A DNA stretch of 64,000 bases from Pseudomonadota bacterium (GTDB lineage: Bacteria; Pseudomonadota; Gammaproteobacteria; Burkholderiales; SG8-39), in assembly GCA_021811085.1 (NCBI GenBank), contig JAJZPQ010000003.1, positions 43,750-107,749 on the forward strand, written 5' to 3'. Numbering within the stretch: the stretch's first letter is position 1; each line of letters opens with the position of its first letter. Position numbers and translations under genes: made by a program. Shown one piece after another: positions 1 through 10,210 of the stretch. Under the pieces are notes generated by a model. The model did not search any database. It was not told the origin of the DNA and worked only from the letters and a program-made list of their open reading frames with translations.

Positions 1-2
1 CG

Positions 3-1400
3 GCGCCGCAAGCGCCACGCTATACCGAAGCGCCGCTTGCAGCGCAGACCGCGAGCGCAGCCAGCGCTTACGGCGCGGCACAACGCTATGCGCCGGGCGC
101 TGCAATTCCGGCCGACTGGTGGGAGCTGTTCCGCTCCGAGGCCCTGGGCAAGCTGGTGCGCACGGCGATCGCAGACAGCCCGACGCTGGATGCGGCCAGG
201 GCCGCGCTCACCCAGGCGCAGGAAAACCTGAACGCGGAATATTCGGTGCTCTATCCCGGCGTCGACGCTGGCGCCGGCGTCCGGCGCCAGCGCACCACCG
301 GCGCAAGTGCCGGCCTGCCGAACGCACCGCCGAATCTGTTCACGCTGTACAACGCCTCGGTCGGCGTGTCCTACGCGCTCGATCTCGCCGGCGGCGCCCG
401 GCGCGAACTCGAGGCGCTGCTCGCGCAAATCGATTACCAGCGGCTGCAGCTCGAGGCGGCCTATCTCGCGCTCACCGGCAATGTCGTCACCGCTGCGGTG
501 CAGGAGGCGTCGCTGCGCGCTCAGATACAGGCGACGCGCGCAGTCGCACACTCGCAGGAAGAGATCCTGCGCGTGGTGCAGAAGCAATTCGAACTCGGCG
601 CCGTAACTCGCGCTGAAGTGCTGGCGCAGCGTGCCCAGTTGGCGCAGCTGCGCACTGCGCTGCCGCCGCTGGAAAAAGCGCTGGCGCAGACGCGCAATGC
701 GCTCGCCGCGCTGATCGGCCGTTATCCTGCCGATGCGGGCTTGCCTGAGTCCGAACTCGCGCAGATGAGCCTGCCGCAGGAACTGCCGCTGAGCCTGCCG
801 TCGGAGCTCGCGCGCCAGCGGCCTGACGTACGTGCCGCCGAAGCGCTGCTGCACCGCGCGAGCGCGGAAATCGGCGTCGCCGAGGCGGCAAAGTACCCCC
901 AGCTCACGCTGAGCGCGACCTACGGTTCGGCGGCGACGAGAACCGGGGACCTGTTCAGCGGCGCAACCAACACCTGGAATCTGGGCGCGGCCCTGTTGCA
1001 GCCGATTTTCCATGCGGGCAAGCTCGAGGCACAGCGGCGCGCTGCGGTCGCCGCCTACGATCAGGCGCTCGCGCAATACCGGCAGACGGTCCTCACGGCG
1101 CTGCGCAATGTCGCCGATGTGCTCGAAGCGCTCGACGGCGATGCGCGCACGCTCAAGGCACAGGCCGAGGCCGAGGCCAGCGCGCGCGAAAGCCTCGCGC
1201 TGGCGCGAGCGCAATTCGAACTCGGCGCGACGAGCTATCTCGCGCTGCTCAACGCGGAGCGCCAGGCGCAGCAGGCGAAGATCGGCCTGGTACAGGCTCA
1301 GGCGGCACGCTTTGCCGATACCGCCGCGCTGTACCAGGCTCTGGGCGGCGGCTGGTGGCAACGCAAGGCGAACATCGAGAAAGGGAGCATGCAACGATGA
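3..1400 (+). CDS. RND efflux outer-membrane factor (NodT/OprM family), 5' end outside window
   Basis: Frame open from window edge (…ADWWELF…), 'LPSELARQRPDVRAAE' and C-terminal 'LYQALGGGW' OMF motifs; ATGA overlap with next gene. Confidence 0.9.
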   Translation, partial: APQAPRYTEAPLAAQTASAASAYGAAQRYAPGAAIPADWWELFRSEALGKLVRTAIADSPTLDAARAALTQAQENLNAEYSVLYPGVDAGAGVRRQRTTGASAGLPNAPPNLFTLYNASVGVSYALDLAGGARRELEALLAQIDYQRLQLEAAYLALTGNVVTAAVQEASLRAQIQATRAVAHSQEEILRVVQKQFELGAVTRAEVLAQRAQLAQLRTALPPLEKALAQTRNALAALIGRYPADAGLPESELAQMSLPQELPLSLPSELARQRPDVRAAEALLHRASAEIGVAEAAKYPQLTLSATYGSAATRTGDLFSGATNTWNLGAALLQPIFHAGKLEAQRRAAVAAYDQALAQYRQTVLTALRNVADVLEALDGDARTLKAQAEAEASARESLALARAQFELGATSYLALLNAERQAQQAKIGLVQAQAARFADTAALYQALGGGWWQRKANIEKGSMQR

Positions 1401-2521
1401 TTAGGCGCATGGTGGTGATGCTGGTGCTCACCGGTGTCGTTTTCGGAGGCATTTTCGGTTTTCAGGCATTCAAGTCGAAGATGATCCGCAAATACATGAG
1501 CGCCGGGCAGCCTGCGCAGACGGTGTCGACCACCAAGGTCCGGTACGAGCAATGGCAGACGCAGGAGCGCGCCGTGGGCACGCTGCGCGCGGTGCGCGGC
1601 GCCGACCTCGCGCCCGAGGTCGCCGGCATCGTGCAGGCGATCCGCTTCCAATCGGGCGACAGCGTAAAGGCGGGCACGCCGCTGGTGCAGCTCAACGCCA
1701 ACGCCGATACGGCCAGACTCAAGTCGCTCGAGGCGGCGGCGGCGCTCGCCGCGAGCACTTACCGGCGCGATGCGGAGCAATTCAAGGTGAATGCCGTGAG
1801 CCAGGCAACGCTCGATGCCGATGCCGCCGCCGCGAAGAGCACGCAGGCGCAGGTCGAGGAACAGCAGGCGCTGGTCGCGAAGAAGCTGATCCGCGCGCCT
1901 TTCGACGGCCGCGCCGGCATCCGCGCAGTGGACCTGGGCCAGTACCTGAGTCCGGGCACGAAGATCGTGACGCTGCAGGCGCTGGATCCGGTGTTCGCCG
2001 ACTTCCTCGTGCCGCAGGCTGCGCTCCCGCATTACCGCGTCGGGCAGAAAGTCGTCGTCGTGAGCGACAGCTTTCCCGGTGAGCGCTTCGAAGGCCGTGT
2101 CGCCGCGCTCGATTCGAAGGTGGACCCGGCAACGCGCAACGTCAAGGTGCGCGCCACGGTGCGCAATCCGAAGCAGCGCTTGCTGCCGGGCATGTTCGCG
2201 ACGGTGCAGACCGACCTGGGCGGGCCGCAGCGCCTGCTCACGCTGCCGCAGACGGCGATTTCGTTCAACCCCTACGGCAATACCGTTTTCGTGCTCGAGG
2301 AGAAAAAGGCCGCCGACGGCAAGACGGAACTGCTGGCGCAGCAGAAATTCGTCACCACCGGCGCGACGCGCGGCGACCAGGTGGCCGTGCTCTCCGGCTT
2401 GAAGGAGGGCGAGACGGTGGTGACTTCGGGGCAGATCAAGCTGCGCAGCGGCGCGCCGGTGGTCATCAATAACGACATCCAGCCCACGAACGACGCGGCG
2501 CCGCGCCCCGTGGACGAGTGA
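1397..2521 (+). CDS. RND efflux periplasmic adaptor (membrane fusion protein)
   Basis: N-terminal TM, 'IRAPFDG', 'LLPGMF' MFP motifs; between OMF and RND permease. Confidence 0.9.
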   Translation: MIRRMVVMLVLTGVVFGGIFGFQAFKSKMIRKYMSAGQPAQTVSTTKVRYEQWQTQERAVGTLRAVRGADLAPEVAGIVQAIRFQSGDSVKAGTPLVQLNANADTARLKSLEAAAALAASTYRRDAEQFKVNAVSQATLDADAAAAKSTQAQVEEQQALVAKKLIRAPFDGRAGIRAVDLGQYLSPGTKIVTLQALDPVFADFLVPQAALPHYRVGQKVVVVSDSFPGERFEGRVAALDSKVDPATRNVKVRATVRNPKQRLLPGMFATVQTDLGGPQRLLTLPQTAISFNPYGNTVFVLEEKKAADGKTELLAQQKFVTTGATRGDQVAVLSGLKEGETVVTSGQIKLRSGAPVVINNDIQPTNDAAPRPVDE

Positions 2522-2531
2522 CGGCGCGGCG

Positions 2532-5500
2532 ATGAAATTCACCGATATCTTCATCCACCGGCCGGTGCTCGCCAGCGTGGTGAGCCTGATGCTGCTGGTG
2601 ATCGGGCTGCGCTCGGTACAGCTGCTGCCGGTATTGCAATACCCGCGCACGCAGAACGCGGTGGTCACGGTGCAGACCGTCTATACCGGCGCCGACGCCA
2701 ATCTCGTGGCCGGGTTCATCACCACGCCGCTGGAGAATTCGATCGCGCAGGCGAACGGCATCGATTACATGACCTCGCAGAGCACGCCCAATGTCAGCAC
2801 GATCACCGCGAACCTGCGGCTGAATTACGACCACGACAAGGCGCTCACCGAAATCAACACCAAGGTGAATGCGGTGCTCAATCAGCTGCCGCAGGGCTCG
2901 CAGCAGCCCACGCTCAGCGTCAAGGTCGGGCAGACCATAGACGCGATGTACATCGGCTTCGCCAGTGACGAGCTGCCGCCGAACAAGATCACCGATTACC
3001 TGGTGCGCGCGGTGCAGCCGAAGCTGCAGGCGGTGGAGGGCGTGCAGACGGCGGAGATCCTCGGCGCCAAGCTGTTCGCGCTGCGCGCCTGGCTCGACCC
3101 GGTCAAACTGGCCGCCTACGGGCTCACCGCCACAGACGTGCGCGCCGCGCTCGCCGCGAACGACTTCCTCTCGGCGGTCGGCACGACCAAGGGTCAGATG
3201 GTGCAGCAGATTCTGACCGCGACCACCGGTCTGCATTCGGTCGAAGAATTCCGCAACATGGTGGTGAAGCAGCAGGACGGCGCCGTGGTGCGCCTCGCCG
3301 ACGTAGCCAATGTCACGCTCGGTGCCGAAGACTACGAATCTGCTGTCCAATTCGACGGCAAGAAGGCCGTCTATATCGGCATCCAGGTGGCGCCCGCCGC
3401 CAACCTGCTCGAGGTGGTCGCGCGCGTACGCGACGCCTTCCCCGGCATCCAGTCGCAGCTGCCGCGCGGCCTGGACGGAAAGATCGTCTACGACTCGACC
3501 AAGTTCGTCAACAGCTCCATCGTCGAGGTGGTAAAGACGCTGGCGGAAGCGCTGCTGATCGTGACGCTGGTGGTATACGCATTTCTCGGCTCGGTGCGCT
3601 CGGTCGCAATTCCGACGATCGCGATCCCGCTGTCGCTCATCGGCACTTTCGGCGTCATGCTCGCTGCCGGCTTCTCCATCAACCTGCTCACGCTGCTCGC
3701 GCTGGTGCTCGCGATCGGCCTGGTCGTGGACGACGCGATCATCGTGGTGGAGAACGTCAACCGCCACCTCGAGGACGGCATGGCGCCGCTGCCGGCGGCG
3801 CTCGCCGCCGCGCGCGAACTTGCCAATCCGATCATCGCGATGACCGTGGTGCTGGTCGCGGTATACGTGCCGATCGGCTTCCTCGGCGGGCTCACCGGCG
3901 CGCTGTTTACCGAGTTCGCGTTCACGCTGGTCGGCGCGGTGACGATTTCCGCGGTGGTCGCGCTGACGCTGTCGCCGATGATGTGCTCGCGCCTGCTCAA
4001 ATCCCACGACCCGGCGGAGCACGGCCTGGAGGCGCGCCTGGTGCTGTTCCTCGACCGCAGGTTCGAAGCGCTGCACCAGCGCTACGAGCGGCTGCTGCAC
4101 GGCACGCTGAACTACGTTGCGGTGACCGCGGTGTTCGCGCTGATCGTCCTGGGCAGCATCTATTTTCTCTACACCGGGGCGAAGTCGGAGCTCGCGCCGC
4201 AGGAGGACCAGGGCATCATCATCACAGTTTCCAGCGCAGCTCCGGATGCGACGCTCGAGCAGCGCCAGCTGTACTCGCACGCCGTGTTCAACACGTTCAA
4301 ACGCTTCACCGAGACCGACCACGTGTTCCAGTTCGACGTGCCCGGCCAGTCGGTCGCAGGCCAGGTGCTCAAGCCCTGGGACGAGCGCGCGAAAACCGCG
4401 ACGCAGCTGCAACCCGAGGTGCAGGGGGCGCTCGCGCGCATCGCCGGGGTGCGCGTCGTCGCTTTCCAGCCCGCGCCGCTGCCCGGCGCCTTCGGCCTGC
4501 CAATCCAGTTCGTGATCCAGACCACAGAGCCGTTCGAGCGCCTGAACGAGGTGGCCGACGCGTTCCTGCAGGAGGCGCAGAAAAGCGGCATGTTCATGTT
4601 CGTGGACAAGGACCTGCGCTACGACCTGCCGCAGTCGAAAATCGTCATCGATCGCGAGCTCGCGGCGCAGCTCGGGCTGCAGATGAACGACATCGGCAAT
4701 GCGCTCGGCTCCATGCTCGGCGGCGGCTACGTCAACTATTTCAGCCTCTACGGCCGCTCCTACAAGGTGATTCCGCAGGTGCAGCAGGCCGAGCGCCTGA
4801 ATCCGGCGCAACTCACCGGCTATTACCTGCGCAGCGCGAGCGGCGACATGGTGCCGCTGTCGACTGTCGCACACATCGAGACCGTCACCGTGCCGCAGTC
4901 GGTGAACCATTTCCAGCAGCTCAACGGCGCGACCGTTTCCGGTGTGCCGTTCCCCGGCGTGACCCAGGGCGAGGCACTGCGCTATCTGCAGGATCTCGCC
5001 GCGCGCACGCTGCCGCAGGGTTATACCGTCGACTATTCCGGCCAGTCGCGCCAGTTCATGCAGGAATCGAGCGCCCTCGTCGTGACCTTCTTCTTCGCGC
5101 TGATCATCATTTTCCTCACGCTCGCGGCGCTGTTCGAGAGCTTCCGCGATCCGACCATCATCCTGGTGTCGGTGCCGATGTCGATCTGCGGCGCGCTGAT
5201 ATTCATCGCGCTCGGAGTCGGCGGCGCGAGCCTGAACATCTACACCGAAGTCGGACTGGTGACGCTGATCGGCCTGATCAGCAAGCACGGCATCCTGATC
5301 GTCGAGTTCGCGAACAAACTACAGCTGCAGGGCCTGTCCAAGCGCGAGGCGATCGAACACGCCGCGGGCATCCGGCTGCGGCCCATCCTGATGACCACTG
5401 CGGCCATGGTGCTCGGCGTGCTGCCGCTCATCACCGCGAGCGGCGCCGGCGCGATCAGCCGCTTCGACATGGGCCTCGTGATCGCCACCGGCATCGCCAT

Positions 5501-5612
5501 CGGCACGCTGTTTACGCTGTTCGTGGTGCCGGCGATGTACCTGCTGCTTGCCACCGACCATGCGCGCAATGCCGCCGCAGAACCCGCCGCGGCGCCCGCG
5601 GCCGAGGGCTGA
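2532..5612 (+). CDS. RND efflux permease (AcrB/MexI-MexW type)
   Basis: 1026 aa; 'FIHRPVLA', 'IGLVVDDAIIVVEN', 'RLRPILMT'. Confidence 0.95.
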   Translation: MKFTDIFIHRPVLASVVSLMLLVIGLRSVQLLPVLQYPRTQNAVVTVQTVYTGADANLVAGFITTPLENSIAQANGIDYMTSQSTPNVSTITANLRLNYDHDKALTEINTKVNAVLNQLPQGSQQPTLSVKVGQTIDAMYIGFASDELPPNKITDYLVRAVQPKLQAVEGVQTAEILGAKLFALRAWLDPVKLAAYGLTATDVRAALAANDFLSAVGTTKGQMVQQILTATTGLHSVEEFRNMVVKQQDGAVVRLADVANVTLGAEDYESAVQFDGKKAVYIGIQVAPAANLLEVVARVRDAFPGIQSQLPRGLDGKIVYDSTKFVNSSIVEVVKTLAEALLIVTLVVYAFLGSVRSVAIPTIAIPLSLIGTFGVMLAAGFSINLLTLLALVLAIGLVVDDAIIVVENVNRHLEDGMAPLPAALAAARELANPIIAMTVVLVAVYVPIGFLGGLTGALFTEFAFTLVGAVTISAVVALTLSPMMCSRLLKSHDPAEHGLEARLVLFLDRRFEALHQRYERLLHGTLNYVAVTAVFALIVLGSIYFLYTGAKSELAPQEDQGIIITVSSAAPDATLEQRQLYSHAVFNTFKRFTETDHVFQFDVPGQSVAGQVLKPWDERAKTATQLQPEVQGALARIAGVRVVAFQPAPLPGAFGLPIQFVIQTTEPFERLNEVADAFLQEAQKSGMFMFVDKDLRYDLPQSKIVIDRELAAQLGLQMNDIGNALGSMLGGGYVNYFSLYGRSYKVIPQVQQAERLNPAQLTGYYLRSASGDMVPLSTVAHIETVTVPQSVNHFQQLNGATVSGVPFPGVTQGEALRYLQDLAARTLPQGYTVDYSGQSRQFMQESSALVVTFFFALIIIFLTLAALFESFRDPTIILVSVPMSICGALIFIALGVGGASLNIYTEVGLVTLIGLISKHGILIVEFANKLQLQGLSKREAIEHAAGIRLRPILMTTAAMVLGVLPLITASGAGAISRFDMGLVIATGIAIGTLFTLFVVPAMYLLLATDHARNAAAEPAAAPAAEG

Positions 5613-5641
5613 ACGCAGCCGCAAGGAAAGCACGAAATGAA

Positions 5642-5666
5642 AAGGGCCAGAGAAATTCTGGCCCTT
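5642..5666. terminator. Hairpin terminator between convergent RND operon and tRNA-Ala
   Basis: AAGGGCCAGA-gaaat-TCTGGCCCTT perfect stem; T-run follows on the minus strand. Confidence 0.7.
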
Positions 5667-5672
5667 GCGACT

Positions 5673-5748
<76 letters not shown>

Positions 5749-5862
5749 GTGGAGCGCGGATTTTAGCCTGATTTCCGCCCGGCGACAATGCGCCGGTTGT
5801 TGCCGACGGCGGCGGGGCGATATCATGCACCCATATTCGACTTACCCCTACCCGGAGCACGC

Positions 5863-6603
5863 ATGCAGATCAATCCGCCGTTCGGCTACAAGGAAATCGT
5901 ACCGCTGTACAAGAACAACAAGGTCAGGCTGCCTGCGCCGGGCACGCTGCCCGAATTCTGCAGGCAGCTCAACGCGATACCGGTCAGTTACAGCGAGTTT
6001 TCGGTGGCCTGCCGCGACTACCCGCTGGTATTTACCAGCGGCGACAACGGCCAGAGCTATGCGCCGGTGGCGGTGCTGGGCCTGGCCAACGGCGAGAATC
6101 TGTTCCTCGCCCGCGGCGCCTGGGATCCGGGCGTCTACCTGCCCGCTTACGTGCGGCGCCACCCGTTTTGCATGGCGCGGGTGAATCTGGATCAGGTGGA
6201 GCAGGCCGACCGCCTGATCTGCGTCGAGAAGGAGTTTCTCGACGACCAGGGCGAAACCATGTTCGACGCCGACGGCGAAGCCCTGCCGAAATGGCAGCCG
6301 ATTGAAAAGCTGCTGCGGGAATACGAGGCCGACCTGGAGCGCAGCCGCGAGATGTCCGCGATCCTGTCCGATTATGGGCTGCTGGAGCCGTTTGCGATGC
6401 AGGCGAAGACCCATGCCGGCGAAGCGATGAACCTCACCGGCATGCATCGCGTGGACGAGAAGAAACTGGAGTTTCTCAACGCCAGTCAGTTGAAGAACCT
6501 GGTCAAGAAGGGCGTGATGGGGCGCATTTACGCCCACCTGATTTCGCTGGACAACTTTGCCCGCCTGCTCGATCGGCGCGCAGGCAAAGCCGCGGCGGGC
6601 TAG
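5863..6603 (+). CDS. SapC family protein
   Basis: 'DYPLVF…PVAVLGL…ENLF…W…YLPAYVRRHPF' and C-terminal 'IYAHLISL' resemble SapC family. Confidence 0.75.
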   Translation: MQINPPFGYKEIVPLYKNNKVRLPAPGTLPEFCRQLNAIPVSYSEFSVACRDYPLVFTSGDNGQSYAPVAVLGLANGENLFLARGAWDPGVYLPAYVRRHPFCMARVNLDQVEQADRLICVEKEFLDDQGETMFDADGEALPKWQPIEKLLREYEADLERSREMSAILSDYGLLEPFAMQAKTHAGEAMNLTGMHRVDEKKLEFLNASQLKNLVKKGVMGRIYAHLISLDNFARLLDRRAGKAAAG

Positions 6604-7589
6604 GTACCCGAGGACGCGCGCAAGAGCCGGTCGTTCACGCCCTGCCACTCCGGCGCCGCGGGCGGCGCCTCGACCAGGATCAGATCGCAGCCCAATGCGT
6701 CGAGCCGGCGCAGGCTGGCGTAAAGTTCGTGCGCATAGCCTGCCACGGCGCGCGGCGCCGCCTGCCATTGCACATCGCGTAATCCGGGCGGCGCCTCGGT
6801 GCGCGCCAGCACCGCGAGCTTTTTCCCGCGCAGCGCTGCCAGCCGGGCCGGCAATTCCGCCGCGCTCACAAGGTGCAGCGGCGTGCGCGGCGCGTAATGG
6901 CTGTCCAATGCGCCGGGCGCACGCGGCGCGGCCGCATCGGGCGCGCCCACTTCCGCGCCCGTCATGGCTGCAATCTGCGCCGGCGTGATCTGCCCCGGGC
7001 GCAGCAGCACCGGCCGACCGCGCGACAGGTCGACGATGGTGGACTCGATGCCGACTTCGCATTCGCCGCCGTCGAGCACCCAGTCGACTGCCGCACCGAG
7101 CTCGGCGCGCACATGCTCGGCCGTGGTCGGGCTGATGCGGCCGAATTTATTGGCCGAGGGTGCGGCCACGCCGCTGTAGCGGCGCCCGCCCGCTGCGCGG
7201 GCGAACGCGCGCAACAGCGCAAGCGCGACCGGATGCCCCGGAATGCGCAAGCCCACCGTATCCTGCCCGCCGGTGACGCAATCGGGCACGCCTGCTGCGC
7301 GCTTCAACACCAGCGTGAGCGGACCGGGCCAGAACGCCGCGGCGAGCTGTTGCGCGGCTGGCGGAATTTGGGCCGCCCACAGCGGCAGCTGCGCGACGTC
7401 GGCCAGATGCACGATCAGCGGATGGTCCTGCGGCCGGCCCTTGGCGGCGAAGATCTTCGCCACTGCCGCGGGATTGGCGGCGTCGGCGCCGAGGCCATAG
7501 ACGGTTTCGGTGGGAAAAGCGACCAGGCCGCCCGATCGCAGGATCGCGGCGGCGCGCTCGATCTCGGCGGAGTCGGGAGTGGAAGGCAT
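6600..7589 (-). CDS. tsaC: L-threonylcarbamoyladenylate synthase (Sua5/TsaC)
   Basis: 'VAFPTETVYGLGADA', 'KGRP', 'APSAN', 'HYAP' Sua5 C-domain. Confidence 0.93.
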   Translation of the reverse strand: MPSTPDSAEIERAAAILRSGGLVAFPTETVYGLGADAANPAAVAKIFAAKGRPQDHPLIVHLADVAQLPLWAAQIPPAAQQLAAAFWPGPLTLVLKRAAGVPDCVTGGQDTVGLRIPGHPVALALLRAFARAAGGRRYSGVAAPSANKFGRISPTTAEHVRAELGAAVDWVLDGGECEVGIESTIVDLSRGRPVLLRPGQITPAQIAAMTGAEVGAPDAAAPRAPGALDSHYAPRTPLHLVSAAELPARLAALRGKKLAVLARTEAPPGLRDVQWQAAPRAVAGYAHELYASLRRLDALGCDLILVEAPPAAPEWQGVNDRLLRASSGT

Positions 7590-7600
7590 CGGTGGTCAGC

Positions 7601-7631
7601 CTCCCTCGCCCCCGTTCGGGGGAGAGGGGAG
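7601..7631. repeat. Short intergenic palindrome (REP-like)
   Basis: CTCCCTCGCCCCCG-tt-CGGGGGAGAGGGGAG imperfect inverted repeat between purC and tsaC. Confidence 0.5.
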
Positions 7632-7633
7632 CG

Positions 7634-8515
7634 TCAGGAAGTCAGCAGCCGCAGCGCTTCGCGGTACTTCTCGGCGGTCTTGGCGATGATGTCGGCCGGC
7701 AGACGCGGCGCCGGGGCCTTCTTGTTCCAGGGCTGCGTCTCCAGCCAGTCGCGCACGAACTGCTTGTCGAACGAGGGCGGGCTCATGCCGACTTTGTATT
7801 CGGCCATCGGCCAGAAGCGCGAGGAATCCGAAGTCAGGATTTCATCGATCAGGTAGATCTTGCCCTGGGCATCGGTGCCGAACTCGAACTTGGTGTCGGC
7901 GATGATGATGCCGCGCGTGGCGGCATATTCCGCCGCATGGGTGTAGAGCGAAATCGCCGCGTCGCGCACCTGGCGCGCCGCTTCCTTGCCCACGCGCTGC
8001 TCGGCCTGGGCAAACGAGATGTTCTCGTCGTGATGCCCCGCCGGCGCCTTGGTCGAGGGCGTGAACAGGGTCTGCGGCAGCTTCTGGGCTTCGCGCAGGC
8101 CCGCGGGCAGCGCGATGCCGCAGAGCGAGCCGGTCTGCTGGTAATCCTTCCAGCCCGAGCCGATGATATAGCCGCGCACGATGGCCTCGATCGCCATCGG
8201 CTTGAATTTTTTCACCACCATCGCACGCCCGCGCACCTGCGCGCGCTCGGCCTCGCCGCTCACCACCGATTCCGGATCGATCCCGGTCATGTGGTTGGGC
8301 ACCAGATGGCCGAGCTTGCCGAACCAGAAATTGGACAGGGCCGTGAGGACTTCGCCCTTGCCCGGGATCGGGTCGTCGAGGATCACGTCGAAGGCGGACA
8401 GGCGATCGGTCTGGATCACCAGCAGCTTGTCCTCGCCCACGGCGTAGATGTCGCGCACCTTGCCGCGATGCAGGAAAGGCAGGCTCTTGATATCGGTCGT
8501 CAGCAGTGTGGTCAT
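7634..8515 (-). CDS. purC: SAICAR synthetase
   Basis: 'GKVRDIY', 'TDRLSAFD', 'ADTKFEFG', '[11 protein letters not shown]'. Confidence 0.96.
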   Translation of the reverse strand: MTTLLTTDIKSLPFLHRGKVRDIYAVGEDKLLVIQTDRLSAFDVILDDPIPGKGEVLTALSNFWFGKLGHLVPNHMTGIDPESVVSGEAERAQVRGRAMVVKKFKPMAIEAIVRGYIIGSGWKDYQQTGSLCGIALPAGLREAQKLPQTLFTPSTKAPAGHHDENISFAQAEQRVGKEAARQVRDAAISLYTHAAEYAATRGIIIADTKFEFGTDAQGKIYLIDEILTSDSSRFWPMAEYKVGMSPPSFDKQFVRDWLETQPWNKKAPAPRLPADIIAKTAEKYREALRLLTS

Positions 8516-8516
8516 G

Positions 8517-9002
8517 TCATAGTTCCGGTAGTTTTGCGTTCTTCACGTTTTCGGCCTGCTTCGCGCGGAACGCGGCAAGCTTGGCCGCCAGCGCAGCGTC
8601 CGCGGCCGCGAGCATGGCGACGACGAACAGACCGGCATTGGCCGCGCCGGCCTCGCCGATGGCGAACGTCGCGACCGGTATGCCCTTGGGCATTTGCACC
8701 ATCGACAGCAGCGAATCGAGACCCTTGAGGTATTTCGACGGGATCGGTACGCCCAGCACCGGCAGCAGCGTCTGCGCCGCGACCACGCCCGCGAGATGCG
8801 CGGCGCCGCCCGCACCGGCGATGAACGCCTTGCAGCCGCGCCGCTGCATGCCCTTGATCCAGGCCTCGAGTTCGGCCGGCGTGCGGTGCGCCGACAGCGC
8901 TCTCGCTTCGTAGGCGATGCCGAAACCCTTGAGTTGCTGCGCCGCTTCTTTCATCACGTCCCAGTCGGACGTGCTGCCCATGACTATGCCAACTGTGCTC
9001 AT
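8517..9002 (-). CDS. purE: N5-CAIR mutase / AIR carboxylase
   Basis: 'MGSTSDW', 'SAHRTP', 'AGAGGAAHL', '[11 protein letters not shown]'. Confidence 0.95.
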   Translation of the reverse strand: MSTVGIVMGSTSDWDVMKEAAQQLKGFGIAYEARALSAHRTPAELEAWIKGMQRRGCKAFIAGAGGAAHLAGVVAAQTLLPVLGVPIPSKYLKGLDSLLSMVQMPKGIPVATFAIGEAGAANAGLFVVAMLAAADAALAAKLAAFRAKQAENVKNAKLPEL

Positions 9003-9018
9003 AATTGGAGATTCCTTC

Positions 9019-10083
9019 CTATTTGACGACCTGGGCGAGTTCGCCCTTGCTGTAGCGCTGCGCCATGGATTCCAGCGGCAGCGGCCTGATTTTGGATGCC
9101 ATGCCGGCGCAGCCGAACTGCTCATAGCGCTGCTTGCACAGCGCCTTGGCGGCGGCGCGCGCGGGCTTGAGGAAGTCGCGCGGGTCGAACGCGCTCTTGT
9201 TCTCGTTCATGTACTTGCGGATGGCCGCAGTCATCGCCAGGCGTATGTCGGTGTCGATGTTGATCTTGCGCACGCCGTGCTTGATGCCTTCCTGGATTTC
9301 CTCCACCGGCACGCCGTAGGTCTCCTTCATCTCGCCGCCGTTGGCGCGGATGATCGCGAGCAGGTCCTGCGGCACCGAGGAAGAGCCGTGCATCACCAGA
9401 TGCGTGTTCGGAATGCGACGGTTGATCTGCTTGATGCGCTCGATCGCGAGGATATCGCCGGTCGGCTTGCGCGTGAACTTGTAGGCGCCGTGCGAAGTGC
9501 CGATCGCGATCGCGAGCGCATCGAGCTGGGTCTTCTTGACGAAGTCGGCGGCCTGGTCCGGATCGGTGAGCAGCATTTCGCGCGTCATCGTGCCTTCGGC
9601 GCCGTGGCCGTCCTCCTTGTCGCCCTTCATCGTCTCGAGCGAACCGAGGCAGCCGAGCTCGCCCTCTACCGTCACGCCGATGCGGTGCGCTGCGGCGACG
9701 ACCTTGCTCGTCACATCGACGTTGTAGTCGTAATCGGCGATGGTCTTGCCGTCGTCGCGCAGGCTGCCGTCCATCATCACGCTGGAAAAGCCGAGCTTCA
9801 TCGCCGACTCGCACACCGCCGGCGACTGGCCGTGGTCCTGGTGCATGACGATAGGCACTTTGGGATAGGTCTCGATCGCCGCCTGGATCAGATGCTTGAG
9901 AAAGGTTTCGCCCGCATATTTGCGCGCCCCGGCCGAGGCTTGCATGATGACCGGGCTGTCGGTCTCGCTGGCGGCCTCCATGATGGCCTGCACCTGCTCC
10001 AGGTTGTTGACATTGAACGCAGGCAGGCCGTAGCCGTTCTCGGCGGCATGGTCCAGCAGCTGGCGCATGGAAACGATGGGCAT
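9019..10083 (-). CDS. fba: Fructose-bisphosphate aldolase class II
   Basis: 'MHQDHG', '[11 protein letters not shown]', 'HLVMHGSS', 'KINIDTD'. Confidence 0.96.
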   Translation of the reverse strand: MPIVSMRQLLDHAAENGYGLPAFNVNNLEQVQAIMEAASETDSPVIMQASAGARKYAGETFLKHLIQAAIETYPKVPIVMHQDHGQSPAVCESAMKLGFSSVMMDGSLRDDGKTIADYDYNVDVTSKVVAAAHRIGVTVEGELGCLGSLETMKGDKEDGHGAEGTMTREMLLTDPDQAADFVKKTQLDALAIAIGTSHGAYKFTRKPTGDILAIERIKQINRRIPNTHLVMHGSSSVPQDLLAIIRANGGEMKETYGVPVEEIQEGIKHGVRKINIDTDIRLAMTAAIRKYMNENKSAFDPRDFLKPARAAAKALCKQRYEQFGCAGMASKIRPLPLESMAQRYSKGELAQVVK

Positions 10084-10210
10084 GATCAATACTCCTCGAA
10101 CTGGCTTGAAAATTGGCCGGGGGCGCGCCCCGGGGTCCGCCGCAGCCGCGGCTGGAGCAACAGGGTCTATTTTACCTGAGACCGCGGCTGACGATTGGCG
10201 GGCCGGGGCT

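Noticed and set aside
2466-5288. 940-aa minus-strand ORF
   Set aside because: Antisense shadow of the RND permease; high GC3 suppresses stop codons
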